Source: the human T2T-CHM13v2.0 reference genome, Homo sapiens | Assembly: GCF_009914755.1 (NCBI RefSeq) | Contig: NC_060937.1 | Length of the DNA stretch: 64,000 nucleotides | Direction: 5' to 3' (one strand) | Part shown: positions 39,255 to 52,518 of the stretch, in pieces | Layout of the letters: every line of letters starts with the position of its first letter | Numbering within the stretch: position 1 is the first letter of the stretch | Made by a program: the position numbers and the translations under genes | Notes under the pieces: generated by a model | The model's database searches: none | What the model was told of the DNA's origin: nothing | The model's input: the letters and a program-made list of their open reading frames with translations, nothing else

Positions 39255-41513
39255 GAGTATTTCTGTAGAGGCTTACATGCTAGTGTGAATGTGTGAATTC
39301 AATAAATTGGGTTGGCTTATTCTGAGAAGGATAAAAGTTTTTTGTTTTTCGTTTTTTGGAAATAGAAACATTTTGTGGGAGGTAGGGATGGCCAGTATAG
39401 AGAAATATGTCATGGGGTAAGTGGGAAAAGATAACCTGAGGGTACCAGACTGGCACCTGGGTGCTTGCAGGTGAGAAGCCAAACATCTCTTGAAAATGTT
39501 TGCTTAATGCCTGTGAGATATCATCCTGTCTTCCTTTGAATTATTAGTATTATAGGTAGTCCTTGAAATGTTATACATTTAACAGAAATTTCTCTTATCT
39601 ACTTATGGACTTTAAATTTAGGGATATTCCTAGATTGGAAGAAGGCAATATTCAGAGCAAAAAGGTACAAGCTTTACTTGCCACCAGCAGCTGCCAGAGT
39701 GGAGGCCTTATGTAATTACTTCGGCTTCAGCCTTGGCAGCTTTTGTTAGCCCAAAGTGGATTTGCTATATTTGTGCTTTGAATTTTACCGTTTACACTCA
39801 TTAAGTTCTATAAATACAAAAGCATGGAGAGCATTAGTGCTGTCAAGAAAGAGGTGTGATTATGTTGGAAATGAACATGATAGTAAAAAGAATATGAAAG
39901 TGGCAGGGAAATGGTGACTGCAGCTGCACTGGGTGTGAGAGGCTGGGCAGGGAACGATCTGAAGAATGGGGGAGGGCGATGGTGAGAAAAGACACAGCTG
40001 ATGGTCGACAGGGGACAGGAGAAAGAGATTCACGGAGGGGAAGAAAAAGCATTGAATGTGTGGGATAAAGAAAGAGCATTATCATTAGCTACTCACTAGC
40101 CCAATTAATGCAGGAGAAGGGAGTCTGCTCTGGAACTCGAAGGCTAAGCATGGTGTGGTTGAAGTGCTGCTAGTGAAACCTGAACCATCTGCTTTGGGCA
40201 TGGTCAGCTCTGAGCCCACTGGAATTTGCAGGACATCAAAGTGAGGGCTGCAGCAGCTGCTGCTCCATGGCATCTAGGAAATCCCTCGTGGCCCTGCCGA
40301 GCTGACGGAGGAAGAGGGCTCCTACCCGTGCAGATTTCAGTGGTGCTGGAACCATTCATTTTTGAAGAGAGACTCTTGCCATCTGCAAATCGGTAGAAAT
40401 GCATCCAGGTTCTAGAAGTTTTCATCTCTCCTGGCTTGTTTATTAACTCCAAAGTGATTAACAGTGGAACCACCTTTTGAATCCTGGGTACTCCTAGGTT
40501 GAGCAGGGCTGCACTTCCACCGTCTTTCAGGGTTCACCAGATGAAACTCTGAGGATCCTCTATGAATCAGCAGATACACAACATCTCCTGAGATTATAAG
40601 GTGGTACTGTCTGTGGTGATTACCTAATTTTAATTTATAAACTGGGAATGCAAAGGCCATGCTGACCTTGCTAAGAAATGTGAAGTTCACAGGAGAACAA
40701 AACTGGGGAAAAAGGTAGGGGACAGTCGTCAGTAGCAGTCACTCACTTTCGACATTAAATTATGCGTTTGTTTAATTGTGAAGGAAAATACAATTGTAGA
40801 ACATGCACCAAAAGCTAGAAATATACAGTTTAATGTTAACACCTAAAAGCAAAATACTAATTAAAGATTTTGGAATATTTTTTATCTTTCTGGGTATGAA
40901 ACCTCCAGCCCTGACTTTTTATGCCCCTTATAACAGCTAAGTCCATTGTAACTTTCAGTAATTGGCTTTTTATTAAAATAAGAGACTGTAGTATAAATTT
41001 TAGCAACTGGACTAAATAGGCATTAACTGGCCCTGGGATCCAACCATAATTTGTAACATCGTTCCTCTGGGAAAATGGATTCTAAGTGCCCAATAACTAC
41101 CTTACAAATAGACTCTTGAATCATAGTCCATTTGAGAATAAGGAACTGTTTGTGATAGTAATACCTTCAATTGGCTCGCTTGAGAACTGCACAGAAGGGA
41201 CCTATGTTCCACCACATGTGTGTGGTGAACCCAGCTCGTCTGGGTTTGATCAAAGATTATTGCTGAGTGGGCATGGAAAGTGCAGGAATTAAACTCAAAG
41301 TAGAGGCTGGAGACACGTCAAGGGTGGCGTTAGAAGGATGGACCTGGAGGGCTCTTAGTGGTAGGAAGAGGATTTCAATCCCAGAGGCAAAGGAGTGTAT
41401 CTGAGCAGATGAAGGGCAGGGAGAAGAGAATGGAAGAGTAAGCAGGATTGAGATTGAGAACCAGCCATTTTCAAGCAAAATGTAACTCAAAGTGTACCAG
41501 TAAGGCTGAATAG

Positions 41514-41979
<466 letters not shown>

Positions 41980-42575
41980 CCTCTCCTCCTCCTGCCAAGG
42001 AAGAAGAACCATATATTGGCATCCAGTCTATCCTCATGTGTGCTGCAGAAATAACCCTAACTGGAGAAAGCTGCCTTCCTAAGATGAGCACCTATGTCTC
42101 CATTTATGCTGTGCCCTCTTACAAAAAGCCACAGGCAATGGGCTCCACATTTCAGAGATTTTTATTCCTCACTCTTTCCCTCCTTGGATCCACGCATAAG
42201 TCCAGTGGGGAGGCCCATGGGACTTGGCACTGAGCTAGACTGGGCCTCTACTGTAGCACCTGGATGCTCTCCCTGGGCCAAATCTGTGTACCTTGTCTCA
42301 TCTCTTTGGTGACGTGCTTCTCAAGAGGTTTTTCTGTCCTTCATACACTGACCCCCGGCAGGCACCCCTCTAGAATTTCCCAGACTTACCTGAATTTCCT
42401 GGTGAACACACCCAGGCTGCCAAGCTGGCATTTCCCCAGGTCAGGGTAATTTTTTTCTCTCTACCCAAATTCTAAAGGGCAGGCTGTTGTTTTAGATAAG
42501 GAAGGCATAGATGTTTTCAGGATGCTTGTTTGAGATTCAGAATTACAAAGCTAATTGACAATAAAAAGTATAAAG

Positions 42576-42863
42576 TTTATTTATTTTAGAGACAGGCTGT
42601 TGCTGGACTGCAGTGGCATGATTATAGCTCACTAAAGCCTCCAATTCCTGGGTTCAAGCGATCTTTGCACCTCACCCTTCTGAGTAGCTGGGACTACAGG
42701 CATGCACCATCATGCCTGGCCAATTATGTGCCTATATGTCCCTTTTTTTCTAGGGACAGAGTCTCACTCTGTTGTTTAGGCTGGTCTTGAACTCCTGGCC
42801 TCAGGTGATCCTCCCTCTTTGGCAAAAGTGCTGGGATTACAGGCATGAGCCACCATGACTGGC
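42576..42863 (-). mobile_element. AluJ-type SINE
   Basis: Diverged antisense dimer (attatagctcactaaagcctcc). Confidence 0.88.
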
Positions 42864-42935
42864 TTCTTTGTTTTTAATAAAAGTCCATTTAACTTTTATG
42901 CATAGAACATTATTCTATTAATGTTTCGTCTATTG

Positions 42936-45060
42936 CAGGCATACCTCAGAGATATTGCAGATTTGGGACCAGTCCATAGCAATAAAGCAAATACTGTAAT
43001 AAAGCAAGTCACACTATCTTTTTTTTTTTTTGGTTTTCCAGTGCATATAAAAGTTATGTTTACACGGTACTGTACTCTATTAAGTGTGCAACAGCATCAC
43101 ATCTTTAAAAAACCCAATGTGTGTGCCTTAATTTAAAAATACTTTTTACTAAAATACGCTAACAATCGCCTAAGCCTTCAGCAAGTCATAATCTTTTTGT
43201 TGGTGGAGGGTCTTGCCATGACATTCATGGCTGCTGGCTGATCAAGGTGGTGGTTGCTGAAGGTTGGGGTGGTTTTGGCAATTTCTCAAAATAAGACAAC
43301 AATAAAGTTTGCTGCATCTGTTGACTCTACTTTTCACAAAAGATTTATCCATGGCATGTGATGCCGTTTGATAGCATTTACCCACAGTAGAACTTCCTTC
43401 AAAATTGGAATCAATTATCCCAAACACTGCTGCTGCTTTATCAACTAAGTTTATGTCATGTGCTAAATCCTTTGTTGTCATTTCAAGAATGTTCACGGCG
43501 TGTTCACCAGGTGTAGATTCCACCTCAAGAAACCACTTTCTTTGCCCATCCATAAGAAGCAACTCCTCGTTTATTCAAGTTTGATCATGAGATTGCAGCA
43601 CATTGTCGCATCTTCAGGCTTCACTTCTAATTCTAGTTCTCCCGTTGCTTCTACCACATCTTCAGTTACTTCCTCCACTGAAGTCTCAAACTTTTCAAAG
43701 TTATGCATGAGGGTTGAAATCAACTTCTTCCAAACTCCTCTTCATGTTGATCTTTTGACCTCCTCCCATGAATCATAGGTGTTCTTAGTGACATCTAAAA
43801 TGGTGAATCCTTGCTGAAAGGTTTTCAATTTACTTTGCCCAGACCCATCAGAGGAATTGCTGTCTATGGTAGTATGAAATCTATTTCTTAAATAATAAGA
43901 CTTAAACTCTAAATGACTCCTTGATCCATGGGCTGCAGAATGGATATTAGATAAACATGCATGAAAACAACATTCATTCATCAACGATGTCTCTATCAGA
44001 GCTTTGGGTGGCCCAGTGCATTGTTAGTGAGCAGTAATATTTTGAAAGGAGTCTTTTGTTCTGAGCAGTAGGTCTTAACAGTGGGCTTAATGTTCGGTAA
44101 ACCATTCTATAAACAGATGTGGTGTTAGCCAGGCTTTGTTTTTCCATTTCTAAGAATTGATTTAGCATAAATTTTCAGAACGGTAAATGAGCATTGGCTT
44201 CAACTTCAAGTCACCAACTTCATTAGCCTCTAACAAGAGTCAGCCTATCCTTTGACACTTTAAAGCTTGGGATTGACTTCTCCTCTCTAGCTATGAAAAT
44301 CCTAGATGGCATCTTCTTTTAATAGACGGCTGTTTCATCTACATTGAAAATCTGTTATTCAGTGAAGCCACCTTCATCAATTATCTTAGCTAGACCTTCT
44401 GGCGAACTTGCTGCAGCTTCCTCGTCAGCGCTTACTGCCTCACCTGGCACTTTTATGTTATGGAGACAGCTCCTTTTTTAAACCTCATAAACCAATATCT
44501 GCTAAGGCTCAGACTTAACACAGCTCCCTCACCTCTCTCAGCCTTCACAGAATTGAAAAGAGTTAGGGTCTTGCTCTGGATTAGGCTTTGATTTAAGGGA
44601 ATGTTGTGGTTCCAGACCACTTTCTCCATACCAGCAATAAGGCAGTTTTGCTTTCTTATCATTTGTGTGTTTACTGGAGTAGCTCTTTTAATTTCCTTCA
44701 AGAACTTTTCCTATGCATTCACGACTTGGCTAACTGGTGCAAGAGGCCTAGCTTTTGGCCTATCTTCTTTTGACATGGTGCACCATGCTTTTGACATGGT
44801 GTACCAAAACAATTTCAATAGTAACATCAAAGGTCACTGATGACAGATTACCATAACAGATATAATCATGAGAAAGAAGTTTAAAATATTGCAAGAATTA
44901 CCAAAATGTGACACAGAGGCACGAAGTGAGCCGGTGCTGTTGGATAAATGGTGCTGATCGACTTGCTTGACTCAGGGTTGCTAGAAATCTTCAATTTGTA
45001 AGAAATGCAATTGTCTTTGAAGCACAATAAAGTGAAGCACAATAAAATGAGGTGTGCCTG
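42936..45060 (-). mobile_element. Tigger1 DNA transposon, near complete, with a decayed transposase
   Basis: TIRs caggcatacctc (42936) and gaggtgtgcctg|ta (45060). Minus-strand peptides [23 protein letters not shown] and MDGQRKWFLEVESTPGE..VNILEMTTKDL match the Tigger1/TIGD1-type transposase. Confidence 0.93.
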
Positions 45061-45118
45061 TATTACATTAACAAAGAAGGCATTGCTAATGATGGCATGT
45101 ATTCACTGCCTGAAGTAG

Positions 45119-45466
<348 letters not shown>

Positions 45467-45509
45467 CAGATAGGGGAAATTCTTGATGAATAAATAGTAA
45501 GAGGAAGAA

Positions 45510-45740
45510 GAATGGGTTTTACTGAGTGTTTGCTGTATGCCAAGCCCCGTGCTAAATAATTTACGTTGATTAGTTTATTTGTTCATAAGAAAAGTGCTAT
45601 GAAGTTTTTAGCTCCTTTTTACACATAAGAAAATGGCAATTTAAAGAGGCTAAGTGTCTTGCTGAAGGTCACAGAGGTAACAAGTAGAGAGCTTGGACTA
45701 GAACCCAGGTCATCTGACCACAATGCAGGGCTCTAGACTA
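45510..45740 (-). mobile_element. MIR
   Basis: tttactgagtgtttgctgtatgccaagc...gaggctaagtgtcttgctgaaggtcaca...gaacccaggtcatctgac. Confidence 0.75.
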
Positions 45741-46110
45741 CATCTTTCTTAAATAAATCTTTATGAAATTGTCAAAAGTCACTTTTTGAGAATAAACACT
45801 GAACAATAAGACAGTTTTCTGGAACCTGTTTCTCACTTTTTAATAGTAGCTGATCCTCAATTTTACTAGAGGTAGAAGGATTCTTGTTAATTAAACATAT
45901 TTCTTTAAGATTGCAATTTACCTTATCATATAATAAATTGCATATGAATGTTACTTAATAGTCGTCTTCCAGACAGAATAATTTCAGCAGAATTCTGTGC
46001 TTCCCAATTAACTTAAACCATATTTTTTATGAGCCCAAAATTACATTCTTATATTTGAGTGAGATATCCTGTTCATAGTCATAAATTCACTGTGAAAACA
46101 GGAACGTCTG

Positions 46111-46419
46111 TTTTTTTTTTTTTTTTAAAGAGACAGGGTCTCACTGTGTTGTCCAGTCTGGAGTGGTGTGCTCAGTGTTCACTACAGCGTCAACTTTCCA
46201 GGATCAAGCGATCCTCCCACCTCAGCCTCCAGAGTAGCTGCGACTACAGACATGCAGCAGACACGCACCACCATGCCTGGATAATTTTTTAGTTTTTTCG
46301 TAGAGACGGGGTTTCTCTATGTTACTGAGGCTGGTCTTGAACTCCTGGGCTCAAGCAGTCCCTCCTGTCTCGGCCTCCTAAAGTGCTGGGATTACAGGCG
46401 TGAACCACCGTGCCCAGCC
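46111..46419 (-). mobile_element. AluJ-type SINE
   Basis: Antisense dimer, poly-T tail, aactcctgggctcaagc. Confidence 0.9.
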
Positions 46420-47034
46420 CACTTTTTTTTTAAATCTAAAAAATGTTATTGTGCTTTAATTCCATGTGATAATGGACATTACACCAAGATGCTTTTAAGG
46501 CTGGTAGTAGTGTTTTGGTAGGTGTTGGCAGTTTAACTTGATTAGATACTTTCTATAACATGGGAAAAATGATCAGCTTATTTCTTACGCTGGCAATGCA
46601 TGGAGAGAATGGTTTAATCTGAAGATCTCAGCAGGATTCAAAATTAATATTTTGTCATATTTTTATCTTTTGGATGCTTTAAAGATTATCTTATGCAAAC
46701 TGAGAAATGATAGTGTTTGCCATTCAAGTTCCAATAATGCTATCTTTCCCCAAAAAGCACATTTGTTTATATGGAGTTTTCTATTCTAGGGGCACCAAGA
46801 ATAATGTGTATGTAGTGTAAAGAAGTGGATTATTGTAAATTTCTAACAGATCTCACTATGAAGATGTTTGTACCCATAAAACAGACCCAGAGGGCATTGC
46901 ATTGAAATTTTAATGTATAAATGTGCAAAGCTGAACTGATAGTATATTTATATTAGAATGGGTGTGTTCTCATTTCAAGAAACTTAATTTTGAATTCTAT
47001 TTTGTTTTTGATATTAAACACACAAAAAATGTGA

Positions 47035-47232
<198 letters not shown>

Positions 47233-48139
47233 TAGGAACCTGCAGGCTGTGCACAGTTCACACTCTGCTGTGTCTGTATCCCGTGTTTATACAAAAGAAA
47301 GGGATGCATGGGAATTCTAGGTTTAAAGTTTTGTATCTAAAAAAGGCAAAACAAAAATACAAATTTATTTTTAACTGTTGGTGCACAGATTTTGCAGAGG
47401 CAGTTAGTGGTTTTTACATTTTTGTTTTGTTTATTGTCTTCTGAGAAGATAAAAAGAGTAAGAACCAGGGCTTCCAGTCACATTCACCATGGGGGATAAA
47501 TTGGAAAAACACTGCCTCAAGCCCCTTTGAGAAATTACTGGGGTCCAACCTACTGCACATGTCTGAGCTCAACTTCCAAGATGTGTGGGGCTTTGATGCT
47601 TCTTTTCTGGCGTTTGTTGGGGTATTTCTTTTCAGTTAAGGAGGAGCTTTGGTCGGGTTCATGTGATAGCAATTTTTGTGGTAAAATCTAACCAGAAATC
47701 TTTGTAGGTTCTTCCCTTCCTGGGAAGGTTTTTTTTTTTCAGTTGGCAGTGGTGGGGGATTGTTACATTCCATTGGCTGCTGGCTATGTGGAGGTCTAGT
47801 TCTGATAGAAATTTGAAAGTCAGACAGAATTATAAAGACAGTAAACCACTAGAAAGATGAGTGGTCACCAAAGGTCACAGAGAGCTGGAGGGGCTGGCTA
47901 GTGGAGCATCAGTAGTGGAAAGGCATGTCAGTTTTATGCCTATGGTCACAGGATATTCAGGGACCATGGGGATGAGGACAAATTCAAATGTGTTTGAAAC
48001 AATGAGTGACAAGTCTGTTGTACCTTTAAGTCAGGAAACCTGGTGCAGCTGTGGGGGACCTGGTGCAGGGAGCAATGGCCAGAGCACCTTGAAATACACT
48101 GCTTCTGGGTTTTATGATGGCCTCCTTCTCTTTTCCTCG

Positions 48140-49122
48140 AATAGCTTGATTGTGATACAATTCACATACCATACAGTTCACCTATTGAAAGCAATTCATT
48201 GCCTTTGAGTATATTCACAAAATTATGTAACCATCATCACAACCAATTTTAGAATATTTTCATCACCCCGTAAAGAAACTCCTGTATCCATTATCAGTTA
48301 ATCCCATCTTCCTGCACGCCTTCACCCCCATCCCAAACAACCAATCATCTACTCACTTGTCTCTCTAATTAGCCTGTTCTTTTTCTGACTTCTCTCCATC
48401 CCTGTTGTTTCATGTGTCAGTACTTCCTTCTTTTTATGGCTGAGTAATATTCCATTGTTTAGATGTAACACATGTTTATCCATTTCTCAATGTATGAGAA
48501 TTTGGGTTTTTTACCCTTTTTGACTGTTACGTGTAATGCTACTGTGAAGATTGATGTACAAGCTTCTGTTTGGACGTAGGTTTTCGACTCCTCTGGGTAC
48601 GTGCCTAGAAATGGAGTTGCTGGGTCATGCAGTAACTCCATGTTTAACCTTTTGAGGAACTGCGAGATGGTTTTCCAAAGTGGCTGCACCATTTCTGTTC
48701 CCACTGGCAATATGTGATTGTTTCAGTTCCTCCATATCCATGCTAACACTTGTCGCTAGCTATCTTTTTGATTAGTTAGGATGTGAAGTGGTATCGCATT
48801 GTCCTTTTGGTTTGAATTTTTCTGTTGATTAATGATGTTGATCGTTTTTTCATGTGTTTATTGGCCATCTGTATATCTTCTTTGGAGAAATGTCTATTCA
48901 AATCCTTTGCCCATTTTTAAGTTGGATTATCTTTTTATTATTGAGGTATAAGGGTTCTTTAGCTACTCTGGATACAAGTATCTCATCAGATAGATGATTT
49001 GCAGTTTTTCCCCTTTTAGGTTACCTTTTCACTTTCCTGATAGTATTACTTGCAGCAAAATTATTTTGACAAAGGCCAGTTTATCTATCTTTTTCTTTTG
49101 TGCTTTTGGTGTCATAGCTAAT
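48140..49122 (-). mobile_element. L1MB-type 3' end
   Basis: caattcacataccatacagttcacc...; minus ORF 48459-48710 (VQPLWKTISQFLKRLNMELLHDPATPFLGTYP) is the L1 ORF2p C-terminus. Confidence 0.85.
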
Positions 49123-49606
49123 GAGCTCTCTTTTTAAAGTAGCTGATCCTGTGCTTTCTTTCCTGGGTTCTATTTGAGCAGTTTAGATTAGGGCTATGCA
49201 AATGGAAAACAGGATGGAAAGAATGGTGGGGAAATACTTTTATTCATAAATTTCCCTTTGTTTCTACATTGTAAAGCTGCTGAGTAGGTGGGTACCTGAT
49301 TTTATGAATTTCTCCACACTGGAGGTTGTTACTGCTCTACCTCAGAGCCGTGAGTCATGGGAGTCAGCCACTTCTGCCTGCCACTGCCCTGTTGATCAAG
49401 GGGTCATCCCCCTGACTCGCTGGTGGACAAAAACAAGTAACAACGTGGAAAAGTCTGGTAAACTGTAACCCAATGCAAACACCCTAAAACCTTATAAGTT
49501 TTTAAGAGGGAAATCAAAATGAGTCCGTTGGATTCTCAGGGGAGATCCAGGAATGCCTGTAAGGGTTTACAGGAACATGTTCTTTTCTTGCCAGGTGCTT
49601 GATACT

Positions 49607-49609
<3 letters not shown>

Positions 49610-49649
<40 letters not shown>
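49610..49649 (+). repeat. (AC)20 microsatellite
   Basis: Uninterrupted AC run. Confidence 0.97.
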
Positions 49650-49651
<2 letters not shown>

Positions 49652-50908
49652 TTTTCCCCTTCTTGCTGTGACTGCTTCACAGTGCTTTGTGTGTCTCATA
49701 GGCCATATACTTGAAGACTTCAAAGGGGAGTTCAAACTGGAATTGGCACAGAAAGAGGAAATTTCAAATTAAATACTGTTACAGTCTACAAAATGGAAGC
49801 ATTAATTGAAAAAGGGAATTTAGGATAGTGCATCATTTTCCTGCTCTTGGAGACATTTCTTGGCTGATCTCATACTTAAGATTTTAAAAAAATCAACATG
49901 TACTTAAAAAAAAGAAAAAAGCACTTGTACACTTCAGATGTACTTACTATTCATTGAAAATTTAAACTTAAGCTAAATTTAATATGTGGCTTCAAACATA
50001 AAGTTGACCTTAATTTTCACTTTTCATCTTCAAAATATAATAGTTGTGAGAGTTACCTATTTCTCTAATAATGAAAAAAGTAATTTTTTTTCAGAAAATA
50101 ACTGGTCTATGAAATCATGAAGCATGTTCCTATCAATATTGATTCAGAAATTGGTGATGTTGTATAGAAATAAATACCTTTAAACTAAAACAGTACTTTA
50201 GGCAGCAAAAAGAAGGGAATGCAAGAATTTATTAAATATTTTGCTGAAATTAGAATCAAACAATTTGCTAATTATGCATTTCTGTACCCGAATATTTTCC
50301 ATATGGTTAAAATCCTAGAGAGGGCATATATAGTCAGCACTCCAGTATAATTTACTTTGTATCTGGCAGGGGTGTTGCCATGTAATTAGTTGAAGTGTAA
50401 ACTGGTCCAGTCCAAGGTTTTTATTGTGGGCTTGCAAGTATTGTGACATTTACATTGCAAATTCCTAGTGTCATGGATGAATAAGGAGAGGAGACGTGGC
50501 CTTTGGTGTAGAAGTGCAAATAGTGAATAAGAGACTATGTTATTGTATTTGCCTCTGTTCCTTTGCATCTCACATACATCCCAATTCCTTGAAACCCAGC
50601 CCTTAGTGAAGAAGGCATAGCTGGGTCTCCATCTGGCCACATGCAGCAGACTCCCTTTTGTGCTTGATTTTCAGATCCTTTCAGCATCTGGTGTTGAGGG
50701 CTCTTCCCTTGAGGGGTTCTCTTTTTCTTCTGTGGCACCTTTCTCTTCTCCTTAAGTTATCTGTCTCCTTTATGGGCTTTCTGGCTGCCTGTGAAGTGTT
50801 GTTTTCCCAAGGTTTTACCTCTGGTCCTATCGTATTCCCACTCCACATCTCCCCGTGTGCCTTCCATTTAATGTGTCGGATGGCCTCATTCATCTTATAC
50901 ATTAGTGA

Positions 50909-51259
<351 letters not shown>

Positions 51260-51282
51260 GAGAACTTTTTGAAAACATATTT

Positions 51283-51853
51283 TCCTCAAAAAGCTAAATC
51301 TGGAAAGTACCATATGACCCAGAAATTGCACTCTTAGGTAGGTATACACCCAAAAGAATTAAAAACAGGCACTCAAACAAATACTTGTATGTGCATGTCC
51401 ATAATGTTCATAGCAGCATGGCCCACAGTAGCCTCAAATTGGAAAACAACCCACATATGAATCCATACGGTGGAATATTATTGAGCCATAAAAAAAAATA
51501 AAGTAGTGACATGTGCTACAATGTGGATGCAGCTTGAAAACAGGCTGAATGAAAGAAGCCAGTCACAAAAGACCACATATTATATGATTCCATTCCTATC
51601 ATATACTCAGAATAGGCAAATCCACAGAGCCAGGAAGCAGGCTAGTGGTTGCCAGCGGTTGGGAGGAGGAAGAATGGCCAGTGACTGCTCAGTGGGCATG
51701 GGATTTCCTTTTGAGGATGATGAAGTGTTTTTGAACAGGCTACAGGGGATAATTGTACAACATTGTGACCATACTAAATTCCACTCAATTGAAAATGGTC
51801 AATTTTATCTTATGTGATTTCTACCTCAGTAAAATATAAATAAATGAATAAAA
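51283..51853 (+). mobile_element. L1MB-type 3' end
   Basis: catatgacccagaaattgcactcttagg...gaaagaagccagtcacaaaagaccacatattatatgattcc...; A-rich tail. Confidence 0.85.
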
Positions 51854-52010
51854 GAATTCATCCATTTAAATGAAATGTTTGTTGAATTAAAAAACTGATA
51901 TGTTTGAATGAAAGTTCACTCATTTGAATGAAATGTTTGTTGATTATAAAAAATGAATCCTTTGAGCAGAAGTTTTGTTAGTTTAAATGAAATGTTTGTG
52001 GAAAGAAAAA
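51851..52010. repeat. Degenerate about 58-bp tandem repeat (about 2.7 units)
   Basis: Core tttRaatgaaatgtttgt at 51865, 51923 and 51982. Confidence 0.8.
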
Positions 52011-52219
52011 CAAAGAGTCTGATTCCCAGGCCCTTCCTCAGAGCAATAAAATCAGAACTCTAGAAATTCTACAAACTCCCCGTGGCACCTCTCTTCTCCT
52101 TAGTTACCTGTTGATTCTAAACAGCAGTCAGGGTTGAGAAGACAACTTCTGCCATCTGCTTGTCCAGCGTGGCCCCTCACTTCAGCTCCAGTTTCTGTAC
52201 ATCCAACCACATCTAGGAC

Positions 52220-52518
52220 TTTTTTTTTTTTTTTTGAGGCAGTCTTGCTCTGTCACCTAGTCTGGAGTGCAGTGCCATGAACACAAACACAGCTCACTGC
52301 AGCCTTGACCTCCTGGGTTCAAGCAATCTTCCTGTTCAGTCTCCCAAATAGCTGGGACTAGCATGCCACTATGCCTGGCTAATTTTTAAAATTTTTTTAT
52401 AGAGATGGAGGCTTGCTATGTTGCCCAGGCTGCTCTCAAACTCCTGGCCTCAAGTTATCCTCCTGCTTCCTCCTCCCAAAGTGCTGAGATTACAGGCATG
52501 AGCCACAGTGCCAGGGCC
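52220..52518 (-). mobile_element. AluJ-type SINE
   Basis: Diverged antisense dimer (cagctcactgcagccttgacctcc). Confidence 0.9.

Noticed and set aside
43242-44701. Transposase-like ORFs suggesting a TIGD-type domesticated gene
   Set aside because: Broken by stops, frameshifts and an internal deletion, and enclosed by Tigger1 TIRs. It is a fossil.
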